Below, piece after piece: positions 47,959 to 58,541 of a stretch of 64,000 bases of DNA (position 1 is its first letter; each line of letters opens with the position of its first letter). The notes below the pieces were generated by a model. The model had not been told where the DNA came from and did no database searches. It saw nothing but the letters and a program-made list of their open reading frames with translations. This DNA is from Candidatus Woesebacteria bacterium. GTDB lineage: Bacteria > Patescibacteriota > Microgenomatia > UBA12405. The stretch is taken from positions 217-64,216 of the forward strand of contig DAOTMI010000003.1 of NCBI GenBank assembly GCA_035450165.1, read 5' to 3'. Both the position numbers and the translations under genes were made by a program.

Positions 47959-48852
47959 TTAAAGCCGATCTAAATGTAAACCGTAAAAATTATAAAGCTC
48001 TTCCGGATTACCTGATTGACCAAAACGATCATGAACAGCTAAATGACGGAAATTACATTTAATTCCCGCTTTTAAAATTAAAATGGCTATAGCCTCACCC
48101 AAACCGCCGTTCTGTTGGTGATCCTCTAAAACAATTATTTTTTTTGTTTTTCTAACCGATTTCAAAATTGTTTCTTCATCTAAAGGTTTTAACGATGAAC
48201 AATTAATTATTTCTGCCTCTTTAAAATTAAAAGCTTGAAATAAAATCGGTCCATAACCAACAATAGTGATCTGATTGCCCATCTGTAAAACATTAGATTT
48301 ACCAATAGTAAACGGTTGAGAAGAATAGACAGGCGTTTCCGGCCGAACCAAACGAATATAGGCCGGAGAAGGAGATTGATAAACAACTGGAATTAAAGAT
48401 CGAACCTCATTGGCATCCAAGGGAGCAAAAACCTCCATATGGGGTAAAACTCGCATCAGCGCCACATCCTCTAACATCTGATGGGATGCCCCTAAATTAC
48501 CTGATAAAAGACCGGCATGGGACCCAATAATTTTAACCGGACAATTATTTTCACAAATCGACTGACGAATTTGAGCCCAATTAATTGCTGGCGAAAAACA
48601 AGCAAAAGAGCATAAAAAAACAATTTTGCCTGCCTTCGCCAAGCCAGCAGCAACACCAGCGGCATTAGCTTCAGCCAAACCGCATTCGATAAAGCGGTCA
48701 GGAAAAACGTCGGCAAATTCTTCTAAAGACAGGGACGATTTTAAATCCATGCTCACCACATAAAGATTTTTGTTAATTGTAGCCAATTTTAAAATCGTTT
48801 CCCCAAAGGCCTTACGCATCGATTGATTCAAGTTCTTTTCTGGCTTTTTCAT
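47959..48852 (-). CDS. transketolase, C-terminal subunit (split transketolase)
   Basis: 297 aa; pyrimidine-binding and C-terminal domains. Confidence 0.85.
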   Translation of the reverse strand: MKKPEKNLNQSMRKAFGETILKLATINKNLYVVSMDLKSSLSLEEFADVFPDRFIECGLAEANAAGVAAGLAKAGKIVFLCSFACFSPAINWAQIRQSICENNCPVKIIGSHAGLLSGNLGASHQMLEDVALMRVLPHMEVFAPLDANEVRSLIPVVYQSPSPAYIRLVRPETPVYSSQPFTIGKSNVLQMGNQITIVGYGPILFQAFNFKEAEIINCSSLKPLDEETILKSVRKTKKIIVLEDHQQNGGLGEAIAILILKAGIKCNFRHLAVHDRFGQSGNPEELYNFYGLHLDRL

Positions 48853-49561
48853 AAAGATCCTGGCTTAAACTTTTAACATCGTGGTACTTAAAATTATTTT
48901 CCATAAAAGAAATCCCTTTACCCAAAATAGTATGGGCAACTATGCCAACCGGCTGATTCGATTGTTTTGCCTTCTTTAGGGTAGTTTTAATAGCTTTTAA
49001 ATCATGACCATCGATCTCCTCTACTGCCCAACCAAATTGAGAATATTTATCTATCAGCGAACCCAAAGGCATAATCTCATCGGTAGAACCATCAATCTGC
49101 AGACTATTAACATCAATAAGATTAATTAAATTATTCAATCGATACTTATTGGCAAAGGCAGCCGCTTCCCAAATTTGACCCTCTTGTTGTTCACCGTCGG
49201 TAGTTAAACAAATCACCTTCATCTTCCTATTTCCCAAGGCTAACCCAGCAGCAAAAGATAAGCCTTGACCCAAAGAACCAGCAGCATATTCCACGCCGGG
49301 AAGACCCAAAGCCGTATGACCCTGAAGAGGAGAACCAAATTGACTGTAATTATTGAGCCATTCTCGAGGAAATCGTCCGATGGCCGCCAGAACAACGTAA
49401 AGGGCCGGGGCTAAATGACCGGCCGATAAAATAAAATGATCCTGATCAAAATCAAACAGTCCACTAGTGTACACTGTTTCAATCAAATCCAGACTAGATA
49501 AAGAACCGCCGATATGACCGCCATTACGGTAAATTAAATCAAGTAAATCAAGACGAAGCAT
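48812..49561 (-). CDS. transketolase, N-terminal (TPP-binding) subunit (split transketolase)
   Basis: GGHIGGSLSSLDLIETVY...; start taken at the internal Met (MLRLDLLDLI) to avoid overlapping ispH. Confidence 0.8.
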   Translation of the reverse strand: MLRLDLLDLIYRNGGHIGGSLSSLDLIETVYTSGLFDFDQDHFILSAGHLAPALYVVLAAIGRFPREWLNNYSQFGSPLQGHTALGLPGVEYAAGSLGQGLSFAAGLALGNRKMKVICLTTDGEQQEGQIWEAAAFANKYRLNNLINLIDVNSLQIDGSTDEIMPLGSLIDKYSQFGWAVEEIDGHDLKAIKTTLKKAKQSNQPVGIVAHTILGKGISFMENNFKYHDVKSLSQDLYEKARKELESIDA

Positions 49562-50390
49562 ATAGGTTAGTAAGATAATTATAAACCGACTGAAGAATAT
49601 CTTCCGGAGTAGAAGCACCAGAAGAAAGGCCAACAGTATGACAATTTTTAAGCCAGCTTCTTTTTATTTCCCCAACATGATCAACAATATACGCTGGTTT
49701 ACCGGAAGATTTGGCTGTCTCATAAAGTCTCTGGGAATTGGAACTTTCATGAGAGCCGACAATTAAAATTAGGTCGCAAACCTCAGCCAATTGCTTCACT
49801 GCTCTTTGACGATCGGTAGTTGCTGGGCAAATATGGGGTAAAACTTTCAACATAGGGTATTTTTTCTTTAATTTTTTTATAAACTCTTCTGTTTCCTGAA
49901 CTGACAAAGTTGTTTGGGTAATTAATACTGAATTTTTATCAGCTTTAATTTTATTAAATTCAACCAACGTATAGGCAGTAATATTTGAGCCTTCAGCCAA
50001 AACACCAACGGCTTCGTCATGATCACGACTGGAAACTAAATAAATAATATTTTTATTTTTTAAACGACGAACCTCATCGTGAACTTTTTTAACCAAAGGA
50101 CAGGTGGCATCAACAATAATCAAATTTTTTAAACGGTGGACTGCCGGCGCTGCCCCATGAGCCCGAATAATCAGAATTGAACCTTTTGGTAAATCATTAG
50201 TAGAATTGACAATTTTAACCCGATAATTTTTCTTCAAATCATTCACGACATGGCGATTATGAACAATTTCTCCCAAAAGATAAATTGTTTTGCCGGGATA
50301 TTTCTGGGCAGTATCTTTAACGATTTTAATGGCCCGGGAAACACCAGCACAAAAGCCATGGGGTTGAGCTACTATTACTCTTAAACCCAT
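49548..50390 (-). CDS. ispH: 4-hydroxy-3-methylbut-2-enyl diphosphate reductase IspH
   Basis: 280 aa; GFCAGVSRAI and conserved Cys ligands. Confidence 0.85.
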   Translation of the reverse strand: MGLRVIVAQPHGFCAGVSRAIKIVKDTAQKYPGKTIYLLGEIVHNRHVVNDLKKNYRVKIVNSTNDLPKGSILIIRAHGAAPAVHRLKNLIIVDATCPLVKKVHDEVRRLKNKNIIYLVSSRDHDEAVGVLAEGSNITAYTLVEFNKIKADKNSVLITQTTLSVQETEEFIKKLKKKYPMLKVLPHICPATTDRQRAVKQLAEVCDLILIVGSHESSNSQRLYETAKSSGKPAYIVDHVGEIKRSWLKNCHTVGLSSGASTPEDILQSVYNYLTNLYASS

Positions 50391-50420
50391 ATAGAATATT
50401 ATAGCTGTTATAATATCGCC

Positions 50421-50849
50421 GTGGAGCGAATAGAAATCGATCTAAGTCTTTTTGATAATCGGCGAAAAGAAATTTTAGAAACTATTCTTAAGGCTGGCAA
50501 CAACAATTATCGACAGGCTCTTAATGAATTGGGAATAATTCCCCTGGTAACCCCCAAAGCTCGATTCCGACTAAACCCAATAACCTGTTACCAATATGTC
50601 CTAGGTTTAGATTCATTTAATCGCCTCCAACAACTTCTCGATAATGGCCAATTTTACCAACCGGGGACTGGAATTATTGCTGTCTATTATACTGACGATC
50701 TCAAACCAGAAAAGGTTAATCATTTGGGAAAAATGAAAAATAAACAGGAGGTAGTTTCTAAATTTGGCAAACTTGGCTTATTTCAACACAATATTACTGA
50801 TGTTCCCATTATTTACGGCAATCGAGTTACTTTCATTAAAGAACCATAA
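50421..50849 (+). CDS. hypothetical protein
   Basis: 142 aa, no recognisable motif. Confidence 0.4.
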   Translation: MERIEIDLSLFDNRRKEILETILKAGNNNYRQALNELGIIPLVTPKARFRLNPITCYQYVLGLDSFNRLQQLLDNGQFYQPGTGIIAVYYTDDLKPEKVNHLGKMKNKQEVVSKFGKLGLFQHNITDVPIIYGNRVTFIKEP

Positions 50850-50939
50850 AACAACCCTCAGACCGTTGAAGTTTTTTAATTGAAACTAAATAGTTTATCG
50901 GGGAATGAAAAAGGAAAAAGAATTCCAAATAAATTTAAG

Positions 50940-51010
50940 AGACCCGGATGGGAGTTGAACCCATCTAAACGGTTTTGCAGACCGTTGTCTAACCGCTTGA
51001 CTACCGGGTC
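50940..51010 (-). tRNA. tRNA-Cys (anticodon GCA)
   Basis: Minus strand: GACCCGG-TA-GTC-AAGCGGTTA-GAC-A-ACGGT-CTGCAAA-ACCGT-TTAG-ATGGG-TTCAACT-CCCAT-CCGGGTC-T; discriminator U73 as expected for Cys. Confidence 0.85.
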
Positions 51011-51071
51011 AAAAGATAAAGGTATTTTAACAAATATCCAGACCATTTCGAAGTACGGCCTCAAAAATTTA

Positions 51072-51097
51072 ACCCCCGCATTAGCGGGGGTATTTTT
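51072..51097. terminator. bidirectional rho-independent terminator (groEL / tRNA-Cys side)
   Basis: ACCCCCGC-atta-GCGGGGGT flanked by T-runs on both strands. Confidence 0.6.
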
Positions 51098-52740
51098 TAC
51101 ATCATTCCTTCCATTCCAGCCCCGGGCATAGGTGCTTTCGGTTCCTCCGGAATATCAGTAATTAGAACGTCGGTCGTCAAAACCATTATACCAATAGAAA
51201 CGGCATTAATTAATGCTGATTTGGTTACTTTAGCCGGATCAAGAATCCCAAATTTAACCATTGAGCCAAATTCGCCGGTTTGGGCATTAAAACCAAAATC
51301 AGACTTTTTGTCGGCTAAAAGAGCTTCTTTAATTTTGTTCAGGACAAAACCAGCATCTTCACCCGAATTTTCGGCTAATTTTCTAATCGGTTGCTCTAAA
51401 ACGTACTTTAAAATATTCAAGCCGATTTGCTCTTCTTCGGTTGCCACTTTAACTTTTTCCAAAGCAAATGAGGCTTTCAAAAGAGCTACGCCGCCGCCGG
51501 GTAAAATACCTTCTTCCACTGCCGCCTTGGTTGCGTCAATCGCATCCTTTACCCTTTCCAATTTCTCTTTCATTTCCACTTCGGTAGCCCCACCAACCTG
51601 TAAAACAATAGCTCCTCCGATTAACTTGGCAATTCTTTCCTGTAACTTCTCTTTATCATAATCGGAAGTTTCCTTAGCCATTTGAGTCCGTAGTTGAGAT
51701 ACTCGAGCCTCAACTTCAGCTTGATTACCAGCCCCACCAATAATTCTTGTTTTATCTTTATCGGCGGTTACCGAATCGGCCCGGCCGCAATATTCCCGCG
51801 GATCAATATTTTCAAATTTAGCTCCAACATCCTCGGAAATTACCCGACCACCAGTTAAAATAGCAATATCTTCCAACATCGCCTTACGCCGATCGCCGAA
51901 ACCCGGAGCTTTAACTGCTAAAACTGAAAAGGTGCCTCTTAATTTATTAACCACCAAAGTCGCCAAAGCTTCACCTTCAATCTCATCGGCAATGATAACG
52001 AAATTTTTAGTCAGTTTGACTAATTTTTCCAAAAAAGGAAGGATTTCCTGGATTGAAGTAATTTTTTTATCGGTAATTACTAAATAAGGATGATCGATAA
52101 TTGCCTCCATCGTTTCAGTATTGGTGGCAAAGTAGGGCGAAAGAAAACCTTGATCAAATTCCATCCCTGAAGTCTCTTTAGTTTCAATCCCCATACCCTT
52201 ACCTTCTTCGGCGGTAATTAAACCATCTTTACCAACTTTAGCCACAGCCTCGGCAATTCTCTTGCCAATAGTTTCATCTCCGGCCGAAATAGTCGCTACC
52301 TGCTCGATTGATTCCTTGTCGTCAATTTTAATCTCCTTTTTCATTTCATCTAATTCTTGTAGAATCACCTCTAAACCTTTTTCCAAGCCGCGGCGCAACA
52401 TCATTGGATTAGACCCGGCAGTTACGTTTTGAAGACCCTTATTAGCGATAGCTTGGGCTAAAAGAGTAGCAGTGGTAGTGCCGTCACCGGCAACATCATT
52501 AGTTTTACTGGCCGCCTCTTTCATTAATTGAGCTCCCATATTTTCGTAAGGATCCTTTAAATCGATTTCCTTAGCTACAGAAACACCATCATGAATAACT
52601 GACGGACTACCCCATTTTCTATCAATAGCTACATTACGTCCCCGAGGACCTAGAGTAGTCACGACTGCATTAGATAAAGTGTCAATACCTTTTAACAATG
52701 CCTGACGGGCATCTTCTTTGAATTTTAATTGTTTAGCCAT
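51097..52740 (-). CDS. groL: chaperonin GroEL
   Basis: 547 aa; MAKQLKFKEDAR...; C-terminal GGM repeat. Confidence 0.95.
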   Translation of the reverse strand: MAKQLKFKEDARQALLKGIDTLSNAVVTTLGPRGRNVAIDRKWGSPSVIHDGVSVAKEIDLKDPYENMGAQLMKEAASKTNDVAGDGTTTATLLAQAIANKGLQNVTAGSNPMMLRRGLEKGLEVILQELDEMKKEIKIDDKESIEQVATISAGDETIGKRIAEAVAKVGKDGLITAEEGKGMGIETKETSGMEFDQGFLSPYFATNTETMEAIIDHPYLVITDKKITSIQEILPFLEKLVKLTKNFVIIADEIEGEALATLVVNKLRGTFSVLAVKAPGFGDRRKAMLEDIAILTGGRVISEDVGAKFENIDPREYCGRADSVTADKDKTRIIGGAGNQAEVEARVSQLRTQMAKETSDYDKEKLQERIAKLIGGAIVLQVGGATEVEMKEKLERVKDAIDATKAAVEEGILPGGGVALLKASFALEKVKVATEEEQIGLNILKYVLEQPIRKLAENSGEDAGFVLNKIKEALLADKKSDFGFNAQTGEFGSMVKFGILDPAKVTKSALINAVSIGIMVLTTDVLITDIPEEPKAPMPGAGMEGMM

Positions 52741-52779
52741 AATTTCATTTTCTAATTTTTAATCTTTAATTCGTAATTT

Positions 52780-53076
52780 TTAATTGTTGATAGTGGCCAT
52801 GATATCGTCAAATTTTAAAATTAAATAATCAACATCGTTTAATTTATATTCCTTACCACCCCATTCCCGATAAATCACTATATCACCAACTTGACAAGGA
52901 GCTTTAATCTCATGGCCATGTTCAAAAATAGGAGCACCGATAGCTAAAACCTCCCCCTGTTGGGGTTTTTCTTCATGGGAATCAGGAATAACAATACCGG
53001 AAGCAGTGGTTCTTTCTTGCTTTTGGGGTTTAACTAAAATATATCCGGCTACTGGTTGAATAGTTGCTTTCTTCAT
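52780..53076 (-). CDS. groS: co-chaperonin GroES
   Basis: 98 aa; Cpn10 fold sequence. Confidence 0.9.
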   Translation of the reverse strand: MKKATIQPVAGYILVKPQKQERTTASGIVIPDSHEEKPQQGEVLAIGAPIFEHGHEIKAPCQVGDIVIYREWGGKEYKLNDVDYLILKFDDIMATINN

Positions 53077-53104
53077 TATTGATTATAAAAATTATAAACT
53101 TAAT

Positions 53105-53162
53105 AATAGCACTCTCTCCGAGTGACTGCTAATATTATATTCAGGAAAATCGGGGTGTCAAG
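53105..53162 (-). promoter_or_regulatory. groESL sigma70 promoter (TTGACA-N17-TATAAT) followed by a CIRCE-like inverted repeat
   Basis: On the minus strand TTGACAccccgattttcctgaaTATAAT is immediately followed by TAGCAGTCACTCggagaGAGTGCTAT. Compare the CIRCE consensus TTAGCACTC-N9-GAGTGCTAA. Confidence 0.5.
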
Positions 53163-53309
53163 AGGAAAAAGGATCTTTATCTCAATTTGTTAGGAACGCG
53201 CCTAGGACAAAGACTGGGCGTGTTCATAGACGAAATCGATTATATCCTAATTAATTGCCAAGCACGTTTATCAAAATGGGAAGGTGTTTTTCCTGTATAA
53301 TCTATCAGG

Positions 53310-54572
53310 ATGGCAAAAATAATTGAAATAGACGCCCGGGAGATTTTAGCCTCCGGTGGTGAACCGAGTTTGGAGGCAACCGTTAAATTAGACAATGGCA
53401 GCGTCGGCGAAGCGTCGATTTCCTATGGCGCCAGCGCCGGCACCAAGGAAGCGTTTGTGCTTTTTGACGGAGACAAAAGCCGTTACCACGGCAAGGGAAT
53501 GTTGAAAGCCAAAGCGAACATATTGGAAAAAATTGCCCCGGCAATAATGGGGATGGAAGCAGCGGATCTACGGACGATTGATAAAAAAATGATTGAATTG
53601 GATGGAACAGAAAACAAAGCCAATTTGGGGGCGAACGCAATTTTAGCGGTCAGTATGGCTGTTGCTCGGGCTGAATCCAATAGTCAAAAACTAGAGCTTT
53701 ACCAATACTTAAGAAATTTATGGCAAATTGAGGGAGAAATCACTCTGCCCAAACCGATGATGGTGATGATCGAAGGCGGCAAGCATGCCGACAACAGCAC
53801 CGATATGCAGGAATTTTTAGTCAGTGCCATGAGTAATAGATCAGCAATGGAAAACGTCAGAATGGAAATGGAAATTTACAAAGCCCTGAAAGATATTTTA
53901 AAAGCAGAAGGTTTATCAACCAATGTCGGCAATGAGGGTGCCTTTGCCCCAGCAGGCCTCAAAAGCAATGAAACACCACTAGCCTATCTGACAAAGGCGA
54001 TTGAAAGGGCTGGTTATCGAGCCGGGGTGGATGCGGGAATTTCTATCGATGCGGCGGCATCGGAACTGTATAATTACGAATTGAAAAATTACGAATTACG
54101 AATTGAAAACAAGCAATTAACATCGGAGGAAATGATTAATTATCTTAAGCCATGGGTAGAAAAATATCCAATTGTAAGTATGGAAGATATGCTGTCGGAA
54201 TTTGATTGGGAAAATTGGCCTAAATTAGTGGAATACTTTGGCAATAATATCTTAATTATTGCCGACGATTTAACCGTCACCAACACTAAATTATGGCAGA
54301 AAGCCATTGATCTAAAAGCGGCTAATGCTATTTTAATTAAATTAAATCAGGCCGGAACAGTCACCGAAACTATGGATTGCTGTCTACTAGCCAGAAAATA
54401 TCATCTAAAAACAGTACCATCGCATCGAGGCGGTGGCGAAACAAATGACACATTTATGGTTGATTTAGCGGTAGCAGTGGGTAGTGCCTATATCAAAGTC
54501 GGACCAACCCGGGGCGAACGGGTCAGTAAATACAACCGTTTAATGAGGATTGAGGAAAAAGAACAAAAATGA
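53310..54572 (+). CDS. eno: enolase
   Basis: 420 aa; SHRSGETED-like SHRGGGETND; IKLNQAGTVTET. Confidence 0.9.
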   Translation: MAKIIEIDAREILASGGEPSLEATVKLDNGSVGEASISYGASAGTKEAFVLFDGDKSRYHGKGMLKAKANILEKIAPAIMGMEAADLRTIDKKMIELDGTENKANLGANAILAVSMAVARAESNSQKLELYQYLRNLWQIEGEITLPKPMMVMIEGGKHADNSTDMQEFLVSAMSNRSAMENVRMEMEIYKALKDILKAEGLSTNVGNEGAFAPAGLKSNETPLAYLTKAIERAGYRAGVDAGISIDAAASELYNYELKNYELRIENKQLTSEEMINYLKPWVEKYPIVSMEDMLSEFDWENWPKLVEYFGNNILIIADDLTVTNTKLWQKAIDLKAANAILIKLNQAGTVTETMDCCLLARKYHLKTVPSHRGGGETNDTFMVDLAVAVGSAYIKVGPTRGERVSKYNRLMRIEEKEQK

Positions 54573-56107
54573 AAAAACCGGTGGTTTATCTAATTTTGGA
54601 TGGCTGGGGTATAGCGCCGGCCGGACCCGGAAACGCCGTTTCTTTAGCCCAAAAACCTACCTTCGATTACCTATGGAATAATTATCCCCACACGGAAATC
54701 GGCGCCGGCGGCGAAGCCATCGGCCTCTGGCCGGGGCATCAGGGCAGTTCAGAAATTGGCCATTTAATTATCGGCGCTGGCCGAAATGTTTACCTGCCTC
54801 AAGGTATTGTTGCCAAAGCAATTCAAAGTGGTGAAATCTTTACCAACAAAGCCTATAGCCAGGCAATGGACTTTGCTCTAAAAAATCATTCGACTCTTCA
54901 TCTAGCCGGATTAATGTCTAACTCAGGAGTCCACAGCTACGATTTACTTACCCACGCTTTAATTAAAATGGCAGCTCAAAAAGGAATAAAAGATATCGTC
55001 GTTCATTCCTTTACCGACGGTCGAGACACCGAAGTTAAAGACGCTCCTATTTACCTGGAACGATTAAATAAAGTTTTTCAACAAAACGGCGTTGGTCGGG
55101 TAGGAACTATTATGGGGCGTTATTGGGTTATGGATCGGGATCACCGTTGGGAAAGAGTTGAAAAAGCCTACCATCTCTTAGTTAATGGTCAAGCCGAATT
55201 TAAAGCTAATTCAGCCGAAGAAGCCATTCAAATGGCCTACGATAGAAAAGAAACTGATGAATTTATCTCGCCAACAGTTATCGGTCAACATCAAATTAAG
55301 GATAATGATGTGCTTATTTGGACTAATTTTAGAACTGACCGAGCTATAGAAATCACTCAAGCTTTAATTGAGGATAATTTTAATTATTTCAATCGAGGCC
55401 AAAGACCTCATTTCTATTTCACCGCCACCTTTAAATATTATGATGAAATGAAAGCTCCATTCGCTTTTGAACGTCAATTCCCAACTAATACCTTAGGAGA
55501 AATTATCAGTCGGGCGGGGCTAAAACAATTCCGAGTAACCGAAACGGAAAAGTGGATTTACGTAACTACCATTTTTTCAGGAATGCGAGAGGCACCTTTT
55601 GAAGGTGAGGATCGGTTATTGATTGAATCGGATAAAATTCCAACCTATGATCTCCAGCCCAAAATGCATACTATGGATATTGCCCAAGCGGCGGTTAAAG
55701 CTATCAATAGCGACCAATATCATTTAATTGTCATCAATTTTAACAACCCAGATATTATTGGACATACCGGTAATATTCCAGCGGCGGTCATCGGCATCGA
55801 AGAATGTGACAAAGGATTGGCTCTGTTGGTAGAAGCAGTAAAAACCAAACATGGTCTGCTTATTGTCTCAGCTGATCACGGTAATGCCGAATCAATGCTA
55901 ACTTCTGATGGCCAGCCGGAAACCCAACACTCAGCCAACAATGTTCCCTTTATTATTGTTAATGACGATCCGCAATACAAAAACATCAAGTTAAAATCCG
56001 GCGGAGCGTTGAAAGATGTTACCCCGACAATTTTAGAAATTCTTGGAATACCTCAGCCGACTGAAATGACAGGTAAAAGTCTAATTAAACCACCAGCACA
56101 GTGGTAA
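54569..56107 (+). CDS. gpmI: 2,3-bisphosphoglycerate-independent phosphoglycerate mutase
   Basis: 512 aa; LILDGWG...; C-terminal ADHGNAE. Confidence 0.9.
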   Translation: MKKPVVYLILDGWGIAPAGPGNAVSLAQKPTFDYLWNNYPHTEIGAGGEAIGLWPGHQGSSEIGHLIIGAGRNVYLPQGIVAKAIQSGEIFTNKAYSQAMDFALKNHSTLHLAGLMSNSGVHSYDLLTHALIKMAAQKGIKDIVVHSFTDGRDTEVKDAPIYLERLNKVFQQNGVGRVGTIMGRYWVMDRDHRWERVEKAYHLLVNGQAEFKANSAEEAIQMAYDRKETDEFISPTVIGQHQIKDNDVLIWTNFRTDRAIEITQALIEDNFNYFNRGQRPHFYFTATFKYYDEMKAPFAFERQFPTNTLGEIISRAGLKQFRVTETEKWIYVTTIFSGMREAPFEGEDRLLIESDKIPTYDLQPKMHTMDIAQAAVKAINSDQYHLIVINFNNPDIIGHTGNIPAAVIGIEECDKGLALLVEAVKTKHGLLIVSADHGNAESMLTSDGQPETQHSANNVPFIIVNDDPQYKNIKLKSGGALKDVTPTILEILGIPQPTEMTGKSLIKPPAQW

Positions 56108-57854
56108 AACGAGGATCAGATTGAAAAGAACAGCGTAATTGATCTTCTTCTGATTTGGTCAAATTTTTAACGACGATTTTTAAATCAAACAGGTCGGCCG
56201 CTTGGCTTTGTTTCTGTTCAGTCCGGATGATATCAGCCTGACCTTGATTACTAATTGCTGCAGCGACATCCATTAGAATCTTTGGACGATTACGGCCAAT
56301 CAATTTGACGGTTGTTAAACCTAGCTTTTCTTTCGTAATGCCGGCGGCATCAAGAGCCTGATTTAATTCTAAATTGGACAAAGCTTTATTACCCAGCTGA
56401 AAATAAAGATCATCCCGACTCTGACAACCAAATCGATTAATGACTGGTTTAACTATTTTTTCATCTAAATCACGCAAGTCAAGAAGGCCGCGGGGAGCTA
56501 AAATAGTCTGCATGATCTCCTTACCAGCCGCAATTAACTGGTCACGATTTTCTTGAATTCGCTGTTCTTGAATTATCTTTCTGGTAGAAGGTAAACAAAA
56601 TTCCTCAATACCAACTAAAGGAGCTCGACGAAAGGAACCAGTAATCACTTCAACAGTGCTGGTATGGGGTAAAACAGTTGACAAAGGCGCCTGTTGGCCG
56701 TCAATCAAAATATATTCGGCCTCAGCTAAAAGCTGGGGATAAATAGCAGCGGCAAAATCAGCCCCGGTAGCATCCTTCGGCAGAAAGCGAATACTGTTAG
56801 ATGGGGTAAAAATAATTTTCAAGGCATAGTCTTTTAGATCAGTCTCTCCTTTTCTGATCAAACTAACTACTCCCCAATTATTAAATTCTTCCATTTGGGG
56901 GGTAACTAGGGCAACTTCAACCGCTCCTTGGGTTAAATTAAGAGTTGTCTGGAGGGCTTGATAACCGTTAATTCGTTGGTTAGCCCCGATATATTCATCA
57001 AACTTACTAAAATCGACATTTTGTCCCAATTTCTGATGGAGACAACCCAGAAAACGATAACAATAATCAATCTCTGGCAAAAGCACCCGAAAACTAACTA
57101 AATCGTTGATTTGTTTAAAATCTTGGGGATTACATTTACCTTCTAAGGCTAATTTCCTCTGCTTTTCTTTAACCGCCCAATAACCATTCTTTCTGATTTC
57201 TACCCGGCCAGAATAATTATTTTCCACCAAAAGTTGCTCTAAACGACTTTTAAAGAAAGCCGTAAACAAAGGATCAAGACGGAAATCGGTACTAATTGTA
57301 TCTTTAATTTTGAGATATTCCTGAGGATAAAGAAACTTAAAGCACAGATCTTCAATTTCGGTTTTAATTGACCATAAACCCAATGATTCTGCCAAACGGG
57401 TATAAACATCGAGGGTCTCTCGAGCCTTGGCATTTTGTTTCTCGACCGGCATATCATCCATAGTTCGCAAATTATGTAATCGATCGGCTAATTTAATAAC
57501 CGCCACTGTCGGATTAAGATAAGTTTTACTCAAGACTTTAATTAAGGTGTCCTTATTAGTTTTAGTACTTAATTTAGTTACCCCATCGACTAATTCCGCT
57601 ACTTGTGGATTAAACTCCTGATTAAGAACAGTTAAATCAATAGTTGTATCTTCCACTATATCATGCAGAAGAGCGGCGGCGAGAATATTCTCGTCATTAA
57701 GACCAAATTCATCTTTTAGAATCCGATAAACCGCTTCACAATGGGTAAAATAAGGTTCACCCCCAGCCCTCAACTGACCTCGATGATGAAATTCAGCAAA
57801 ATCATAAGCCCTATCGATTAAATTTCTATCTTCAACAGCTTCTTTAGACAACAT
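56085..57854 (-). CDS. RelA/SpoT-family (p)ppGpp synthetase/hydrolase (compact)
   Basis: 589 aa; HD domain HDIVEDT; RelA/SpoT synthetase region. Shorter than the typical 700+ aa. Confidence 0.75.
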   Translation of the reverse strand: MLSKEAVEDRNLIDRAYDFAEFHHRGQLRAGGEPYFTHCEAVYRILKDEFGLNDENILAAALLHDIVEDTTIDLTVLNQEFNPQVAELVDGVTKLSTKTNKDTLIKVLSKTYLNPTVAVIKLADRLHNLRTMDDMPVEKQNAKARETLDVYTRLAESLGLWSIKTEIEDLCFKFLYPQEYLKIKDTISTDFRLDPLFTAFFKSRLEQLLVENNYSGRVEIRKNGYWAVKEKQRKLALEGKCNPQDFKQINDLVSFRVLLPEIDYCYRFLGCLHQKLGQNVDFSKFDEYIGANQRINGYQALQTTLNLTQGAVEVALVTPQMEEFNNWGVVSLIRKGETDLKDYALKIIFTPSNSIRFLPKDATGADFAAAIYPQLLAEAEYILIDGQQAPLSTVLPHTSTVEVITGSFRRAPLVGIEEFCLPSTRKIIQEQRIQENRDQLIAAGKEIMQTILAPRGLLDLRDLDEKIVKPVINRFGCQSRDDLYFQLGNKALSNLELNQALDAAGITKEKLGLTTVKLIGRNRPKILMDVAAAISNQGQADIIRTEQKQSQAADLFDLKIVVKNLTKSEEDQLRCSFQSDPRFTTVLVV

Positions 57855-57902
57855 GCCGTATTTTATAGCTACTATAGGACAAAATCAAACTTAGGCCAAT
57901 TT

Positions 57903-58541
57903 CTATCTGGTTCTTGTATAAACTATCATTTTAGCCGACATACCATTTTTAATCTCTGGAGAAGCAGAAGTATTAAATTTAGCTTTAACTGTAAATTGTT
58001 GGGTAGTTCGTTCACTCGAAGTTGAAAAAGAAAACATCGGAACTAAAGCACTCGGGGAAACTTCGTCAATATACCCCCAAAAAATCCTACCTGGTAGAGC
58101 ATCAATGGTAAAAGAAACTACCTGACCAACCTTAATTTTATTTAAACCCTTATTCTCATCGAGGGTGCCTACAACTCTCATATTAACCGGCCTAATCATT
58201 TGAATCAATTGGGTTGCCTGATTAACAGTTGAACCAGTCAAATCATTCGCCGAAATAACTAAACCATCAGTTTCAGCTCTTAAAACCTCTGATCCTACCA
58301 CAGCTAATTTATCACCAGTCTCAACCATCTGCCCTTCTTTAACACTTATTTCAGTAACCTTGCCGGTTAAACTCGGGGAAACAGTAATAACCGGTGCCTG
58401 AATAACCGATTTACTGATAAAGACCCGATCGACAGTTTTCTGATAATAAAAATAACTGCCAATAATCACTAGCAATAAACAAATTAGACTTGTTATTTTC
58501 CAAAACTTAGGATTTTTTAAAAGAGCAATTATTGTTTTCAT
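57903..58541 (-). CDS. HlyD-family membrane fusion/periplasmic adaptor protein
   Basis: 212 aa; TM anchor plus biotinyl-lipoyl-like beta-barrel segments. Confidence 0.55.
   Translation of the reverse strand: MKTIIALLKNPKFWKITSLICLLLVIIGSYFYYQKTVDRVFISKSVIQAPVITVSPSLTGKVTEISVKEGQMVETGDKLAVVGSEVLRAETDGLVISANDLTGSTVNQATQLIQMIRPVNMRVVGTLDENKGLNKIKVGQVVSFTIDALPGRIFWGYIDEVSPSALVPMFSFSTSSERTTQQFTVKAKFNTSASPEIKNGMSAKMIVYTRTR

Noticed and set aside
50876-51131. ORFs 50876..51064 (-) and 50880..51131 (+)
   Set aside because: Span the tRNA-Cys gene and the groEL terminator; spurious.
51221-51661. 146-aa plus-strand ORF
   Set aside because: Antisense within groEL; A/S/P-rich translation typical of the reverse frame of a GC-richer gene.
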